In this document: positions 21,926-35,500 of the stretch, piece by piece
Position numbering within the stretch: the first letter of the stretch is position 1
Layout: each line of letters begins with the position of its first letter
Origin: Candidatus Omnitrophota bacterium
GTDB lineage: Bacteria; Omnitrophota; Omnitrophia; Omnitrophales; Aquincolibacteriaceae
Assembly: GCA_022711115.1 (NCBI GenBank)
Contig: JAKLFP010000001.1
Location: forward strand, 197,183 to 261,182
Length of the DNA: 64,000 nt
Reading direction: 5' to 3'
Program-made: the position numbers and the translations under genes
The notes under the pieces: model-generated
Databases searched by the model: none
Seen by the model: the letters and a program-made list of their open reading frames with translations, nothing else
What the model was told of the DNA's origin: nothing

Positions 21926-22375
21926 TTAAGCCCCTGCAGCGGCTTTCTTTTTATTTTTTACTTTTGCATCCGTTGATGATTTTCCGCCCCAAATCTTTGT
22001 CCCTTCGCGTACTTCTACGGTCAAATGTGTGGTGCGTTTCAAAATTTTATCCGCGCGACCCATCGAACGGGTTAGAAACCTTTTAAGCACAGGCCCTCCG
22101 TCCGCACGCGCATCCGAAACATAAAGAAGTTTTTCGTCCAGCCCGAGATTTTTTGCATTCGCGATGGCGCTTTTCAGTGTTTTAATCGCCATTTTGGCGC
22201 CCTTTTTATTCAAGAGCGACAGAATACCCACGGCCTCAAGAGCGTGTTCTCTGCGAATGGTATCAATCACAAGACGCATTTTGCGCGGAGCTATCCTCAA
22301 GTACCGCGTGATCGCCTTGACTCTTCGCGTTTTCGGTTCCAATTTCGGTTGTGTCTTTATTTCTTCTTTAGCCAT
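21926..22375 (-). CDS. rplV: 50S ribosomal protein L22 with N- and C-terminal extensions
   Basis: 149 aa versus ~110 typical; core RYLRIAPRKMRLVIDTIR... Confidence 0.9.
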   Translation of the reverse strand: MAKEEIKTQPKLEPKTRRVKAITRYLRIAPRKMRLVIDTIRREHALEAVGILSLLNKKGAKMAIKTLKSAIANAKNLGLDEKLLYVSDARADGGPVLKRFLTRSMGRADKILKRTTHLTVEVREGTKIWGGKSSTDAKVKNKKKAAAGA

Positions 22376-22391
22376 ATTCTAAAAACTCAGG

Positions 22392-22691
22392 TTATGTTTT
22401 CGCGCCTTCCGCGAGGGCTTTTGCTTTATCGCCTGCGGCGCTGTGTTTTCTAAAAGTACGTGTGGGTGAAAATTCACCCACCTTATGCCCAACCATATTT
22501 TCCGTCACGAACACATTCTGGAAGGTCTTGCCGTTATGAACCGAAAGCGTGACCCCTACAAAATCCGGTGTAATCGTCGAACGCCGGGACCAGGTCTTGA
22601 TCGGACGGCGATCTTTCCTTTGATTTGCAATCTGCACTTTACTTAAAAGCTTTTCGTCAACGTAGACGCCTTTTTTTGCCGAACGGCTCAT
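22392..22691 (-). CDS. rpsS: 30S ribosomal protein S19
   Basis: 99 aa; [16 protein letters not shown]. Confidence 0.95.
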   Translation of the reverse strand: MSRSAKKGVYVDEKLLSKVQIANQRKDRRPIKTWSRRSTITPDFVGVTLSVHNGKTFQNVFVTENMVGHKVGEFSPTRTFRKHSAAGDKAKALAEGAKT

Positions 22692-23515
22692 TTTCTGCGA
22701 TCCTTCACAATATACTTGTTCGATGCTTTATAACGTTTGCGAGTTTTGAAACCCTTGGATTTCTGACCATTGGGACTTTGCGGATGATTCCCCCCCTTGG
22801 ATTTACCTTCACCGCCCCCCAATGGATGGTCCACAGGGTTGCGTGCCACACCGCGCGAAACGGGTCGTTTTCCAAGCCAACGAGCGCGCCCTGCTTTGCC
22901 ATACACAATATTTTCATTATCGATATTCGAACATTGTCCGATGGTCGCGTACGCTTTCGCAGGAACAAGCCGCACCTCGCCAGAAGGAAGTTTGATATGA
23001 GCAAAATCATTTTCTTTAGCAAGAATTTGGGCCACAACCCCCGCTGAACGAACTAACTTTCCACCCAAACCCGGCTTAAGTTCGATGTTATGAATCATCG
23101 TACCTTCCGGAATCTTCTCCAGAGGCAAGTGATTTCCCAAAGTCACATCCGCATCAGGACCGCTTACAACTTTTTCACCCACTTTTAAACCGTCAGGACA
23201 AAGAATATAACTTTTCAGTCCGTCATTATATTGCACAAGAGCGATACGCGCGCTACGATTCGGATCATACTCTACAGTCAACACGGTCGCGGGAATTCCG
23301 ATACGATTACGCCGAAAATCGATGATGCGGACACGCTGTTTGTGACCCCCGCCAATACGCCGAGACGTGACATGCCCGTGATTGTTTCGTCCGCCTGTTC
23401 TCTTTTTAATATAGGTCAACGGCTTATAGGGACGATCCACGGTAATCTCTTTAAAATCAGAGACATTCCCGTATCGCCGCGTTGGTGTTGTTGGCCTGAA
23501 TTTTATAAGTCCCAT
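22688..23515 (-). CDS. rplB: 50S ribosomal protein L2
   Basis: 275 aa; [14 protein letters not shown]...[13 protein letters not shown]. Confidence 0.95.
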   Translation of the reverse strand: MGLIKFRPTTPTRRYGNVSDFKEITVDRPYKPLTYIKKRTGGRNNHGHVTSRRIGGGHKQRVRIIDFRRNRIGIPATVLTVEYDPNRSARIALVQYNDGLKSYILCPDGLKVGEKVVSGPDADVTLGNHLPLEKIPEGTMIHNIELKPGLGGKLVRSAGVVAQILAKENDFAHIKLPSGEVRLVPAKAYATIGQCSNIDNENIVYGKAGRARWLGKRPVSRGVARNPVDHPLGGGEGKSKGGNHPQSPNGQKSKGFKTRKRYKASNKYIVKDRRK

Positions 23516-23536
23516 ATAATTTTTCTTCGTGCTCCT

Positions 23537-23824
23537 TTACTTCGTCAAATCGATCTTTTCACCCTTCCGAAGAGTGATAACCGCTTTTTTCCATGCCGCT
23601 GTTTGTCCTGGAACATAGCGTACCCGCCGCCATTTTCCGGAGACATTCATCGTATTCACTTTTTCTACATGGACATTGAATATCTTTTCCACCGCTGATT
23701 TGATCTCTTTCTTATTCGCTTGAGGATGAACCCGAAAACCATATTGATTTGCCTTTTCAGTAGCCTGGGAGAGTTTTTCCGTAATCAACGGCTCCATCAC
23801 AATATCATAGACATTAAGCCTCAT
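23537..23824 (-). CDS. rplW: 50S ribosomal protein L23
   Basis: ORF track gives 23537..23875, overlapping rplD by 62 nt. The internal Met MRLNVYDIVMEPLITEK at 23824 gives a 96-aa L23 with a normal 11-nt overlap. Confidence 0.85.
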   Translation of the reverse strand: MRLNVYDIVMEPLITEKLSQATEKANQYGFRVHPQANKKEIKSAVEKIFNVHVEKVNTMNVSGKWRRVRYVPGQTAAWKKAVITLRKGEKIDLTK

Positions 23825-24461
23825 TTTTCTTCTCCCCTCCAAGACGCTTCTCAAGCAAGGCAAGAGCGCTTTCATCGATAATCACTTTTTCACGCTGCAT
23901 CAAATCATAGGCGCTAACATCCGTCGCAGCCTTAACCTCTACCCACTTTCTCAAATTTCGCATCGCCCGCTTCATATTGACACTGAGTTCTTGGGCAATA
24001 TAAATCGCTTTCTTTTTTTTGATCGGAAGCATTTTCAACACAGCCGCCCAATCCTTGGTCTTCGCGCTTTCCAATGTCACACTTTCAAGAAGCATCAGAT
24101 TTTTTTCATCAGCCCGCTTGCTAAGCATGACTTTCAAGGCAAGATTTCGAATGCTCTGCGAAAGCCGGACTGAATAATCTCTCGGATGAGGGCCGAACAC
24201 GGTACCCCCACCCCGCCAAATCGGTGAACGAATAGAACCATGACGAGCATTCCCGGTACCTTTCTGTTTCCACGGTTTCTTACCTCCACCGCGCACTTCA
24301 GCTCGCGTCTTGGTATCCGCCGTCCCTTTGCGAAGATTGGCAGAATAAGCATTACGAACGAGCTCCAAAAGACGCTCATTCATCCGCACCCCGTAAATTT
24401 CGGGATTCAGCACTACTTCTTGCTTTTTATGTCCCTCTTTTGTGTAAAGAGACGCCTTCAT
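23814..24461 (-). CDS. rplD: 50S ribosomal protein L4
   Basis: 215 aa; canonical L4, position between rplC and rplW. Confidence 0.9.
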   Translation of the reverse strand: MKASLYTKEGHKKQEVVLNPEIYGVRMNERLLELVRNAYSANLRKGTADTKTRAEVRGGGKKPWKQKGTGNARHGSIRSPIWRGGGTVFGPHPRDYSVRLSQSIRNLALKVMLSKRADEKNLMLLESVTLESAKTKDWAAVLKMLPIKKKKAIYIAQELSVNMKRAMRNLRKWVEVKAATDVSAYDLMQREKVIIDESALALLEKRLGGEKKNEA

Positions 24462-24496
24462 TGTTTACCTTTCGTTCATCCCTTAATCCGCTAGGA

Positions 24497-25249
24497 TCAG
24501 GAATCCGCTTTTGTTTTTTCTTGAGGATTTTCAGACTTGGAAGTTTCAGAGGGAGTTTCTTTCGAGGACTCCTGCTTACCACTTCTCACTTTCCAGGTGT
24601 TCTTTTTCCCCTTCTTAAGAGAGCTGCGAACAATCACGTAGCGCCCCTCGAACCCAGGAACACTGCCTCTGAGAACAAGTAAATTGTTCTCGGCATCCAC
24701 TTTCATTACCTTCAAATTTTGCACACAAATTGTTTCATTCCCCATGTGGCCGGGAAGTCCTTTCCCTTTACGGACTTTCTTGCGGCAACCCCGTCCTCCG
24801 GCCTGCGCCCCGATTGACCCTGGTACACGTCCAAACATGGAACCATGACCCTTGCTTGCACCACCTTTATAATTAAGCCTTTTGACAACGCCCTGAAAAC
24901 CTTTGCCGATCGAAATGCCTTCGACATCCACAAAATCACCTACTTCAAAATTATCCGCACCGATTTCATTCCCAATCGCCAGATTCGCAATGTTATCCGT
25001 GCGAATTTCATGCAAAAAATTCAAAGTCGGAACATTCGCTTTCCGAAGAATCCCGAGTTCCGCTTTCGTGAGCTTCTTTTCTTTGACCCCGTCATAAGCA
25101 AGCTGAGCCGCCAGATATCCGTTTTTTTCCTTCGTGCGAAGCGCTGTGACATAACAAGGGCCTACTTCCAGCACCGTCACCGGAATCTGCTGACCGTCTC
25201 CGTCAAACAATTGAGACATTCCGATTTTTTTTCCTAGTAATCCGACCAT
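24497..25249 (-). CDS. rplC: 50S ribosomal protein L3 with ~40-aa Lys/Ser/Glu-rich C-terminal tail
   Basis: 250 aa; MVGLLGKKIGMSQLFDGDGQQIPVTVLE. Confidence 0.95.
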   Translation of the reverse strand: MVGLLGKKIGMSQLFDGDGQQIPVTVLEVGPCYVTALRTKEKNGYLAAQLAYDGVKEKKLTKAELGILRKANVPTLNFLHEIRTDNIANLAIGNEIGADNFEVGDFVDVEGISIGKGFQGVVKRLNYKGGASKGHGSMFGRVPGSIGAQAGGRGCRKKVRKGKGLPGHMGNETICVQNLKVMKVDAENNLLVLRGSVPGFEGRYVIVRSSLKKGKKNTWKVRSGKQESSKETPSETSKSENPQEKTKADS

Positions 25250-25260
25250 ATTTTTCTCTT

Positions 25261-25575
25261 TTACAATTTGATCTCAACGTCCACGCCTGCCGGAAGATCG
25301 AGCTTCATCAGCGCATCTACCGTACGGGAAGTTGGTTCTTCAAGTTCAATAAGCCTTTTATGAGTCCGGATTTCAAACTGATCGCGGGCTTTTTTATCAA
25401 TATGCGGGCCACGAAGCACTGTTGTTTTCCAGACATGCGTCGGGAGAGGAATCGGACCGATCACTTTGGCGCCCGTTTTTTTCGCTGTCCCTACGATCTC
25501 CTGAACCGACTGATCCAACACGCGGTGATCGTAAGCCTTCAATTTAATACGAATTTTCTCTTTAACCTGTGTCAT
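25261..25575 (-). CDS. rpsJ: 30S ribosomal protein S10
   Basis: 104 aa; [16 protein letters not shown]. Confidence 0.95.
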   Translation of the reverse strand: MTQVKEKIRIKLKAYDHRVLDQSVQEIVGTAKKTGAKVIGPIPLPTHVWKTTVLRGPHIDKKARDQFEIRTHKRLIELEEPTSRTVDALMKLDLPAGVDVEIKL

Positions 25576-25578
25576 TTT

Positions 25579-27660
25579 TTAGCTCGCTATGATCTTTTCT
25601 GTGATCATTCTTGGAACTTCCTGATAAGTGTGCGGTTCCATGGTGAATGTTGCGCGCCCTTGAGACAAGGAACGTACCGCTGTGGCATACCCGAACATTT
25701 CGGATAAAGGTACAAGACCTCTGATGGATTTCAAGTGACCACGATTGCTAAGCTCCTGGATCACGCACCGACGAGAATTCAAGTCGCCGATCACATCGCC
25801 CATATATTCTTCCGGCACCAAGACTTCGACGGACATGATCGGTTCCAAAAGAATGGGTTTCGCTCTCTTGAAAGCTTCTTTGAAGGCAAAAATACCGGCC
25901 ATTTTAAACGCGATTTCCGAAGAGTCAACGTCATGATAGCTGCCGTCATAAACCGTTGCCTTGACATCTGTCACAGGGTAACCCGCCAAAACACCGTTCG
26001 CACAGGCATCTTCAACACCTGATTCGACTGCCGGAATATATTCGCGGGGAATCGACCCGCCCTTCACTTCATCTTCAAACTCGTTTCCAGTCCCGCGCGG
26101 CAAAGGCTCGATCTTGAGAAAGCAATGCCCATACTGTCCGCGACCACCTGTTTGTTTAATGAATTTTCCTTCGGCTTCCGCATGACCTGTAATCGTTTCC
26201 TTGTAAGCTACTTGCGGTTTTCCGACGTTCACTTGCACATTGTATTCGCGTTTCATAATATCAATTTTGATATCCAAATGAAGTTCCCCCATCCCACCGA
26301 TCAAAGTCTGTACGGTTTCCTGATCGGTCCTGACACGGAAGGTCGGGTCTTCATTCACGAGTTTTCCGATCGCATCGGACAAACGGTCGCGGTCCGCTTT
26401 GGTCTTGGGTTCCACGGCCATCCAGATCACCGGCTCCGGAACAAACATCGTCTCAAGCAGAATCGGATTGCTTTCAACGCAAAGTGAATCGCCTGTTTTA
26501 ACTTCTTTAAGACCGACTGCTGCAACAATATTCCCAGCGCCTGCTTCTTCGATCTCTTCACGTTTGTTGGCATGCATGAGCAACAAACGGCCGATGCGTT
26601 CCGTCTTACCGGTTCGGACATTATAAATATAAGAACTTGAGGAAAGAGTCCCCGAATAAATACGAATATAGGTGAGTGACCCCACAAATTTATCACTTGC
26701 GATTTTAAACGCATAGCAGGTCAAAGGCGCTTTATCGTCAGCTTCACGAAGAATCTCATTTTCTGTTCCGGGTTCGGTCCCCTTGACTGGTGGAATATCT
26801 TTGGGGGAAGGAAGATAATCAACCACCGCATCCAAAATCTGTTGAACACCTTTATTCTTTAAAGCTGACCCCACAATCACGGGGGCTATTTTAATGGCAA
26901 TTGTTCCCTTTCGGATGGCGGCCTTAATCTCAGGCACGGTCGCTTCCTGACCTTCAATAAATTTATGCATCAACGCATCATCGAATTCGGAGACCTTTTC
27001 GATCATGAATTCTCGAGCTTTTTTTGCTTGTTCCATCAATGCCGCAGGAATTTCCTGGGTGTCGTATTTCGCGCCAAGACTTTCATCATTAAAAATATAA
27101 GCCTTCATTTCAACAAGATCCACAACGCCTATAAATTTTTCTTCCATGCCGATCGGGATCTGGATCGGAACAGCATTCGCGCCCAATTGATCACGCATTT
27201 GCTGCACGTTTTTTTCAAATTCCGCACCCGTACGATCCATTTTATTGATAAAAGCAATGCGCGGCACATGGTACCGATCTGCCTGGCGCCATACGGTTTC
27301 GGACTGAGGTTCCACACCTTCTACAGCACCAAACACTGCAACGCAACCGTCCAACACACGCAGCGATCGTTCAACCTCGATTGTAAAATCCACGTGTCCT
27401 GGGGTGTCGATCAGGTTAATGCGGCAATCTTTCCAAAAGCAAGTCGTTGCGGCAGACGTGATCGTGATCCCACGCTCTTGTTCCTGTTCCATCCAGTCCA
27501 TAACAGCGGTGCCTTCATGCACTTCACCGATTTTATAAGTGCGGCCCGTATAATAGAGGATGCGCTCGGACGTGGTCGTTTTCCCCGCATCAATGTGGGC
27601 TGCAATGCCTATATTGCGAATCTTATCTATCGGAAAATGTATTTTCTTTTCGTCTGCCAT
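25579..27660 (-). CDS. fusA: Elongation factor G
   Basis: 693 aa; G-domain [23 protein letters not shown]; domains II-V. Confidence 0.95.
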   Translation of the reverse strand: MADEKKIHFPIDKIRNIGIAAHIDAGKTTTSERILYYTGRTYKIGEVHEGTAVMDWMEQEQERGITITSAATTCFWKDCRINLIDTPGHVDFTIEVERSLRVLDGCVAVFGAVEGVEPQSETVWRQADRYHVPRIAFINKMDRTGAEFEKNVQQMRDQLGANAVPIQIPIGMEEKFIGVVDLVEMKAYIFNDESLGAKYDTQEIPAALMEQAKKAREFMIEKVSEFDDALMHKFIEGQEATVPEIKAAIRKGTIAIKIAPVIVGSALKNKGVQQILDAVVDYLPSPKDIPPVKGTEPGTENEILREADDKAPLTCYAFKIASDKFVGSLTYIRIYSGTLSSSSYIYNVRTGKTERIGRLLLMHANKREEIEEAGAGNIVAAVGLKEVKTGDSLCVESNPILLETMFVPEPVIWMAVEPKTKADRDRLSDAIGKLVNEDPTFRVRTDQETVQTLIGGMGELHLDIKIDIMKREYNVQVNVGKPQVAYKETITGHAEAEGKFIKQTGGRGQYGHCFLKIEPLPRGTGNEFEDEVKGGSIPREYIPAVESGVEDACANGVLAGYPVTDVKATVYDGSYHDVDSSEIAFKMAGIFAFKEAFKRAKPILLEPIMSVEVLVPEEYMGDVIGDLNSRRCVIQELSNRGHLKSIRGLVPLSEMFGYATAVRSLSQGRATFTMEPHTYQEVPRMITEKIIAS

Positions 27661-27666
27661 TTTAGT

Positions 27667-28134
27667 TTACCAACGATAGTGAGCAAAAGCTCTGTTGGAC
27701 TCCGCCATTTTATGAATATCTTCCCGTTTCTTAATAGACGGCCCCGTTTTATTAAAACCGTCAATAATCTCCTGCGCGAGTTTCTCGTGCATAGGCTTCC
27801 CCTTGCGTTCACGCGAAAAAGCGCGAAGCCAACGAAGTGCCAGGGAAAAACCGCGCTCTTCCGGTACGCTCACAGGAACCTGATACGTCGCACCGCCAAC
27901 GCGCCGAGATTTAGTTTCCAGGAGAGGGCGCACATTATCCACTGCCTGGCGAAAAACTTCAAGAGGTTCTTTTCCTGTTTTTTCTTTGACAATATCCAGA
28001 GCATCGTACACAATCCGCTCCGCGATGGACTTCTTTCCGCGCTCCATCACAATATTGATGAGTTTGGCTATTAACAAGTCTCCGTATCGCGGATCCGGAT
28101 TGATCAATCTCTTTTGCGCGCGTCGTCTTCTCAT
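27667..28134 (-). CDS. rpsG: 30S ribosomal protein S7
   Basis: 155 aa; [19 protein letters not shown]. Confidence 0.95.
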   Translation of the reverse strand: MRRRRAQKRLINPDPRYGDLLIAKLINIVMERGKKSIAERIVYDALDIVKEKTGKEPLEVFRQAVDNVRPLLETKSRRVGGATYQVPVSVPEERGFSLALRWLRAFSRERKGKPMHEKLAQEIIDGFNKTGPSIKKREDIHKMAESNRAFAHYRW

Positions 28135-28136
28135 GA

Positions 28137-28526
28137 TTACTTAGCTTCCTTTTTTTTCGGTGTTTTGGCACCGTATTTAGAACGTGATTTCGTGCGATCG
28201 GCAACACCGGCGGCATCCAGCTTCCCGCGAACAATATGATAACGAACACCTGGAAGATCTTTCACACGGCCCCCGCGAACAAGCACGATCGAGTGTTCCT
28301 GTAAATTATGCCCAACTCCCGGGATATACGCTGTGACTTCTTCGCCGTTCGTTAAACGTACACGCGCAATTTTGCGCAACGCAGAGTTCGGCTTTTTCGG
28401 TGTCTGCGTTCTTACGATCAGACAGACCCCCTTACGAAACGGTGAATTCTGTAATGCGGGGGATTTCGATTTTCCTTTAAAACGGTTTCTTCCGAAACGG
28501 ATCAACTGGTTGATGGTCGGCGCCAT
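28137..28526 (-). CDS. rpsL: 30S ribosomal protein S12
   Basis: 129 aa; [16 protein letters not shown]...[10 protein letters not shown]. Confidence 0.95.
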   Translation of the reverse strand: MAPTINQLIRFGRNRFKGKSKSPALQNSPFRKGVCLIVRTQTPKKPNSALRKIARVRLTNGEEVTAYIPGVGHNLQEHSIVLVRGGRVKDLPGVRYHIVRGKLDAAGVADRTKSRSKYGAKTPKKKEAK

Positions 28527-31500
28527 TATGAATTCTCCTTGGATGTGCTGGCTTCTGCGGCAGCTTTTTCTTTTTTGTCAGCCTCTGGATCAGGCAACAC
28601 ATCGGTCAGGTCTTTCTCAATTTCGATATCCTGATGGATCTTGAACCCTGTCCCGGCGGGTATCAAATGCCCCATAATCACGTTCTCTTTGAGGCCCTGC
28701 AGATGATCGCGTTTCCCTGCGGAGGCTGCTTCCGTAAGCACACGCGTCGTTTCCTGGAAGCTTGCGGCCGAAATGAAACTGTCCGTGGTCAAAGACGCCT
28801 TGGTGATCCCGAGAAGAATCGAAGTTCCCTTGGCTGGTTCCTTCCCTTTTTTAATCATTTTTGCGTTTTCTTCCGCAAACTTCAGCTTCTCAACATGGGA
28901 ACCCACAAGGAACTCCGTATCCCCGGAATCCTCAATGCGAACCTTACGAAGCATCTGGCGGACAATAACTTCCACGTGTTTATCGTTGAGCCGAACACCC
29001 TGCAGACGATAAACCTCCTGAACCTCATCTACCAAATAATTTTGAAGACTTCTTTCTCCTGAAACACGAAGAATATCTTGCGGCACTACAGGACCGTCCA
29101 CGAGCTGTTCACCCGCGACAACCTTGTCCCCTTTATACACGTTCAAATGCTTGCCGTGCGGTATCAAATATTCCTTGGTCATCCCGGAAGGATTTTTCAC
29201 AATAATTTTCCTCTGACCTTTCACGATTTCGCCGATTTCCACCACACCGTCGATTTCAGAAATAACCGCGGGATTCTTCGGCTTCCGGGCTTCAAAAAGT
29301 TCCGCGACGCGCGGCAGACCGCCGGTAATATCGCGCGTTTTTGCGATTTTACGCGGTGTTTTTGCAAGCAAGGTTCCGCCCGTCACCGTTTGTCCGTCTT
29401 TGACAACGACATGCGCGCCGGTCGGAATCGGGTAGAACGCAAGGATCTCATTCTTATCCCCTTCGATCAGCAACTGCGGGTGAAGATCTTCTTTGTGATC
29501 GATGATCACACGCTCGGTCATTCCTGTCGTCGCATCTAACTCTTCATTCATAGAAACACCCACTTTAATATCCTCAAAGCGGATCGTACCGGAAACCTCC
29601 GTTAAAATCGGAACCGTGTAAGGATCCCACTTCACGAAGATTTCGCCTTTTTTAACTTTATCGCCGTCTTTGAAATGAATGAAAGCGCCGGTCGGAATGG
29701 TGTAGCGCTCGAGTTCGCGGCCTGTCGCATCATGGATGGAAAGCTGGCCATTGCGGTTCAGCACAACAATTTCGTTCGTTTTCGTGATGACGGTCTTCAA
29801 ATTATGATACTGTAGGGCCCCTTCATTGCGAGCGCGATAATAAGATTGCTCGACCACGCGGGAAGCCGTACCACCGATATGAAACGTTCTCATGGTTAGC
29901 TGGGTACCCGGTTCGCCGATAGACTGGGCGGCAATAATACCTGTCGCAGTCCCCAGCTCCACAAGACGGCGTGTGGATAGGTCGCGCCCGTAGCATTTCG
30001 CACAAATCCCCTTTTGGGCCTCGCAACAAAGAACGGAACGGACCCGGATTTTTTCGATACCGGCATCCTCAATCTTCTTAATCGTAGCCTCATCAATCAG
30101 ATCGCCGGACTTTACAATCACCTGATCCGTAATCACATCCACCACGTTATCGAGAGCAACGCGTCCAAGAATCCTGTCAGCAAGAGAAACGATGATTTCT
30201 TCGCCTTCGTAAACAGGCTCCATCACAATCCCATTAAGCGTGCCGCAATCGTCGATGTTGATGATCACATCCTGGGCCACGTCCACCAACCTTCTCGTCA
30301 AATATCCGGAATCGGCTGTTTTTAAAGCCGTATCCGCCAAACCTTTACGGGCACCGTGCGTAGAAATAAAGTATTCAAGCACCGTTAGACCTTCCCGGAA
30401 ATTTGCGGTGATCGGGCTTTCGATAATCTCGCCGGAAGGCTTTGCCATGAGACCGCGCATCCCGGCCAACTGACGAATCTGTTGTTTCGAACCACGCGCT
30501 CCCGAATCCGCCATCATGAAGATCGGATTGAATGACTCAAGCGCTTCAAACATCACATCCGAAACACGATCCGTGGTATGCGTCCAGATATCGATCACTT
30601 TGTTATAACGTTCACCGTCGGTGATCACGCCCTGTTTGTATTGATTTTCAATCGCTTTTATTTCTTTACGCGCTTCATTGAGAATGGTTTCTTTGGCATC
30701 GGGGATTTGAATATCATCAATTCCGATGGAAAGTCCCGCATTGGTTGCCTGATCAAAACCAAGCGCTTTCAGTCTATCGAGGAGCTTGACCACTTCTTCA
30801 TGGCCGAAGGTGTTGTAGCATTCGGCAATAATTTTGGAGAGTTTCCCTTTATTAATAACATCATTGACATAACGGAACCCCTTCGGCAGCACTTCATTAA
30901 ACAAAATGCGCCCCATAGTCGTTTCAACAATCTCTCCGGTCTGTAAGCGCAACTTGCACTTCGCATGTTTATGAATCTGCTTGTCCTGGAAAGCCAGCCA
31001 AGCCTCTTGAGCACTGCTAAAGGCAAGACCTTCCCCCAACGCTTTTTCACGCATCTTGGTCAAATAATAGATCCCAAGCACAATGTCTTGTGTCGGCGTG
31101 GTGATCGGCTGGCCGCTAGCAGGCGAAAAAATATTATTGGCCGAAAGCATGAGAATACGCGCTTCCATTAAAGCTTCCATGGAAAGAGGAACGTGAACCG
31201 CCATCTGATCGCCGTCGAAGTCCGCATTGAAAGCCGTACAAACAAGCGGGTGAATGCGAATTGCGTTCCCTTCGATCAACAACGGCTCAAACGCTTGAAT
31301 ACCGAGACGATGCAACGTTGGTGCGCGATTCAACATGACCGGATGCTCATGAATGACTTCTTCCAGAATATCCCATACTTCCGGTTTGACACGCTCCACC
31401 ATCTTTTTGGCCGAACGAATCGTGTGGACATGCCCGCGTTCTTTCAGTTTGCGGATGATAAAAGGCTCAAAAAGCTCAAGAGCCATTTTCTTCGGGAGAC

Positions 31501-32575
31501 CGCATTGATGCAGTTTTAGCTCCGGACCAATGACGATCACGGAACGGCCGGAATAATCCACGCGCTTACCGAGAAGATTCTGACGGAAACGGCCTTGTTT
31601 TCCCTTGAGCATGTCGCTTAGGGATTTGAGAGGTCTATTCCCGGCACCAAGCACAGGACGGCCATGACGGCCATTATCAAAAAGAGCATCCACCGCTTCC
31701 TGAAGCATGCGTTTTTCATTGCGGATGATTACATCGGGTGCTTTAAGTTCAAGAAGTTTACGCAAACGGTTATTACGGTTGATCACACGGCGATACAAAT
31801 CGTTCAAATCACTGGTCGCAAAGCGGCCTCCATCTAACGCCACGAGAGGACGAAGATCGGGCGGAATGACCGGAATGACTTTCAAAATCATCCATTCCGG
31901 ATGATTGCCGGATTTCCTGAAAGCTTCCACAATTTTCAAAATTTTCACAGCGCGCGCGCGTGACTGCTTGGACTTTGCGGCTTTGACCTGCCGGTGATAC
32001 TTCTGGGTAAGTTTCTCCAGATCGAGTTCCATGAGAAGCGTCTGGATTGCTTCTGCACCCATCTGAGCCGTAAAATTTTCCGGACCGTACTGTTCCTGCG
32101 CCTTAAGATATTCTTCTTCCGTTAAGAGCTGCTTTGCTTTAAGCGGTGTTTGTTTCGGATCAAGAACAATGTATTCTTCATAATAAAGCACTTTTTCAAG
32201 AGCACGGACGCTCAGGTCAAGTAAGTTCCCAATGCGTGACGGCATCGTTTTGAAAAACCAAATATGCGATACCGGCGTCACGAGATCGATATGCCCCATT
32301 TTTTCGCGCCGCACGCGCGCCTGGGTCACTTCCACACCGCAGCGGTCGCATACAATGCCTTTGTGCTTGATACGTTTATATTTACCACAAGCACATTCGT
32401 AATCCTTTGTCGGGCCGAAAATTCTCTCGCAAAAAAGACCGTCTTTTTCCGGCTTCAGCGTTCTATAATTGATGGTTTCCGGTTTTTTGACTTCTCCACG
32501 CGACCACTTGCGGATTGCTTCTGGTGCCGCGATACGAATCGAAACGGAATCGAATGTATTGACGTCGTAGTTCAT
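28526..32575 (-). CDS. rpoC: DNA-directed RNA polymerase subunit beta'
   Basis: 1349 aa; Zn finger CxCGKY, NADFDGD catalytic motif. Confidence 0.97.
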   Translation of the reverse strand: MNYDVNTFDSVSIRIAAPEAIRKWSRGEVKKPETINYRTLKPEKDGLFCERIFGPTKDYECACGKYKRIKHKGIVCDRCGVEVTQARVRREKMGHIDLVTPVSHIWFFKTMPSRIGNLLDLSVRALEKVLYYEEYIVLDPKQTPLKAKQLLTEEEYLKAQEQYGPENFTAQMGAEAIQTLLMELDLEKLTQKYHRQVKAAKSKQSRARAVKILKIVEAFRKSGNHPEWMILKVIPVIPPDLRPLVALDGGRFATSDLNDLYRRVINRNNRLRKLLELKAPDVIIRNEKRMLQEAVDALFDNGRHGRPVLGAGNRPLKSLSDMLKGKQGRFRQNLLGKRVDYSGRSVIVIGPELKLHQCGLPKKMALELFEPFIIRKLKERGHVHTIRSAKKMVERVKPEVWDILEEVIHEHPVMLNRAPTLHRLGIQAFEPLLIEGNAIRIHPLVCTAFNADFDGDQMAVHVPLSMEALMEARILMLSANNIFSPASGQPITTPTQDIVLGIYYLTKMREKALGEGLAFSSAQEAWLAFQDKQIHKHAKCKLRLQTGEIVETTMGRILFNEVLPKGFRYVNDVINKGKLSKIIAECYNTFGHEEVVKLLDRLKALGFDQATNAGLSIGIDDIQIPDAKETILNEARKEIKAIENQYKQGVITDGERYNKVIDIWTHTTDRVSDVMFEALESFNPIFMMADSGARGSKQQIRQLAGMRGLMAKPSGEIIESPITANFREGLTVLEYFISTHGARKGLADTALKTADSGYLTRRLVDVAQDVIINIDDCGTLNGIVMEPVYEGEEIIVSLADRILGRVALDNVVDVITDQVIVKSGDLIDEATIKKIEDAGIEKIRVRSVLCCEAQKGICAKCYGRDLSTRRLVELGTATGIIAAQSIGEPGTQLTMRTFHIGGTASRVVEQSYYRARNEGALQYHNLKTVITKTNEIVVLNRNGQLSIHDATGRELERYTIPTGAFIHFKDGDKVKKGEIFVKWDPYTVPILTEVSGTIRFEDIKVGVSMNEELDATTGMTERVIIDHKEDLHPQLLIEGDKNEILAFYPIPTGAHVVVKDGQTVTGGTLLAKTPRKIAKTRDITGGLPRVAELFEARKPKNPAVISEIDGVVEIGEIVKGQRKIIVKNPSGMTKEYLIPHGKHLNVYKGDKVVAGEQLVDGPVVPQDILRVSGERSLQNYLVDEVQEVYRLQGVRLNDKHVEVIVRQMLRKVRIEDSGDTEFLVGSHVEKLKFAEENAKMIKKGKEPAKGTSILLGITKASLTTDSFISAASFQETTRVLTEAASAGKRDHLQGLKENVIMGHLIPAGTGFKIHQDIEIEKDLTDVLPDPEADKKEKAAAEASTSKENS

Positions 32576-35500
32576 ACTTTCAGTTTCTCCTTAGCCTCTT
32601 CGATTTTGTCCTCTGAGGACTTGGCCTTGGTATCCGTGAGTAGCAATTTGTGCGAGGCTTGTCTCTCGGGTTCGATATCCAACCCTAACGCCTGTAATTC
32701 CTTTACAAGTACGTTAAAAGATTCCGGCGTTCCGGCATGCAAAGCAGGCTCGCCTTTGACGATGGCTTCATAAACCCGGGTCCTGCCGACCACATCATCG
32801 CTTTTTACAGTCAGAAGTTCCTGGAGAGTGAATGCGGCACCGTAAGCTTCAAGCGCCCATACTTCCATTTCCCCAAAACGCTGCCCCCCGAATTGTGCTT
32901 TGCCGCCAAGCGGCTGCTGCGTCACAAGGGAGTACGGACCGATGGATCGCGCGTGAATTTTGTCATCTGCAAGATGCGCAAGTTTTAACATATAAATCTG
33001 GCCGACAGTGATTTTCTCATCAAATTTCTCGCCCGTTCGGCCGTCATAAAGTGAAATTTTTCCATCGAGCGGGATTTTGGCCTCTTTCATCATCGCCTTG
33101 ATCTCGTCTTCGGTGGCACCGCTGAACACAGGTGTTTCCATATGAAGACCAAGCGCTTTGGCGGCCCAACCCAAGTGCGTTTCAAGAATCTGGCCTACAT
33201 TCATACGAGAAGGCACACCGAGAGGATTGAGAATGATCTCCACGGGCGTTCCATCCGCGAGGAACGGCATGTCCTCTTCTGGAAGAACTTTTGCGATCAC
33301 ACCTTTGTTCCCATGACGACCTGCCATTTTGTCACCGACAGAAATTTTTCTTTTGGAGCATACATAGACAACAACTTTTTTAATCACCCCCGGAGGAAGC
33401 TCGTCACCTTTTTTCACCCGATCGATCTCGCGCGTTCTTTCGGCCACGAGCTCATCGATTTCATCACCCCATACACGAGCGATTTTCTTAATGTTTTCTT
33501 CAAGATCCGGGTCGTCATCTAATCGAAGGGAATCCCAATCACAGCTGTCGAGTTTCTTGAGATCCGATTTGGAAATTACATGCCCGCTTTTGATCAGAAC
33601 TTCGCCAAGGATATCATCCAATAGATCTTCGGAAAGTTTCTTCCCGACGACCATATCGGAAACTTTGTTAAGACGTTCTCTTTTAAGCAAGTCAATGCGC
33701 TCGTTAAAACGTTCTTTGATTTCATTAATATCTTTATTTTCCTGACGACGTTCTTCTTTGGTTTTCGCCTGAGATTCCTTGCGGGCAAATACCTTCACAT
33801 CAACAATCACACCTTCGACGCCCGGAGGCACTGTCAAGGAAGCATCTCGCACATCCCCGGCCTTTTCGCCGAAAATCGCGCGTAAAAGTTTTTCTTCGGG
33901 AGAAAGTTCGATCTCGGATTTCGGCGTAATTTTTCCGACAAGAATATCACCGGGCTTTACTTCAGCTCCAATGCGGACAACACCCTCCGTATCAAGATCC
34001 TTCAAGGCTTCTTCGCTGACATTCGGAATATCGCGCGTAATTTCTTCGTTGCCAAGTTTTGTATCGCGCGCTTCAATTTCGAACTCCTCGATGTGAAGCG
34101 AGGTATAGACATCGTCTTTGCAAAGCTTTTCACTCACGATAATAGCATCTTCAAAGTTGTACCCACGCCACGGCATGAAAGCCACCAGCACGTTACGCCC
34201 AAGCGCAAGTTCGCCGCCCTGAGTTGCCGCACCATCCGCAATAATATCCCCGCGTTTGACTTTGTCTCCGACTTCCACAAGCGGACGCTGATTGATGCAT
34301 GTCCCAGCATTGGAACGTTTGAATTTTCTGAGTTTATAAACGAAATCATCAATCACGATCTCTTCAGAAGAAACATGTTTCACAGTCCCGCGTGATTTCG
34401 CCTGAACGACTGCCCCGGAATCTTTCGCTACATAACGCTCCATGCCGGTTCCGACATAGGGTGCCTGGGGATTGAGGAGCGGCACAGCCTGGCGCTGCAT
34501 GTTCGAACCCATGAGAGCGCGGTTTGCGTCGTCATGTTCTAAGAATGGAATCAAGGCCGCCGCCACGCTAACCAGCTGGCGCGGCGAAACGTCCATATAA
34601 TCGATCTCTTCGGGTTTCTTTTTTGGAAAATCTCCACGAAAACGACAGGAAACAGCATCCGTAAGGAAATGCCCATGTTTATCAAGAGGTGCGTTTGCCT
34701 GAGCAATCACATACTTGTCTTCCAAATCGGCCGTAAGATAGTCAATAGTTTCCGTGACACGACCTTTGACAACTTTACGATACGGACTTTCCAGAAAACC
34801 GATGTCATTCACACGCGCAAAAGTACTGAGTGATGCAATCAAACCGATATTCGGACCTTCCGGCGTTTCAATCGGACAAATACGCCCATAGTGCGAAGGA
34901 TGAACGTCGCGAACCTCAAAACCCGCCCGCTCTCTCGAAAGACCTCCCGGCCCTAGAGCTGACATACGGCGTTTATGCGTCAATTCCGCAAGAGGATTCG
35001 TCTGATCCATAAATTGCGACAGCTGGCTGCGGCCAAAGAAATCTTTAATCGCCGCAGAGATCAACTTGGGATTGATCAAATTGTGAGGCATTGCAGCTTC
35101 CAGATCATAAATCGACATACGTTCCACGCAAGACCGCTTCATACGTGAGAGCCCCACACGGAACTGATTCTGCAATAATTCACCAACAGAACGCACACGA
35201 CGATTGCCGAGGTGGTCAATATCATCCACCGTTACTTCACCGGAACGGAGTTTTAAAAGCATCCCGATCACTTTCATGACATCTTCACGCCGAAGCGTCG
35301 TCACCTTCAAATCTGAAGATTCGATGCCAAGTCCGAGCTTTTTGTTTAGCATGAAACGTCCGACTAAACCAAGATCATAGCGTTGGGCATCAAAAAACAA
35401 TTTTTGAATGAGATCTTTAGCACTTGCTTCGGTCGGCGGATCACCGGGACGAATCCGACGATAAATCGCAAGCTGGGCATCTTGAGCATTGCGGTAAGGA

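Noticed and set aside
23825-23875. N-terminal 17-aa extension of the L23 ORF
   Set aside because: It would overlap rplD by 62 nt. The internal Met gives a canonical 96-aa L23.
26965-28074. 369-aa plus-strand ORF
   Set aside because: It is antisense to fusA and rpsG. The composition is His/Arg/Phe-rich nonsense. It is a shadow ORF.
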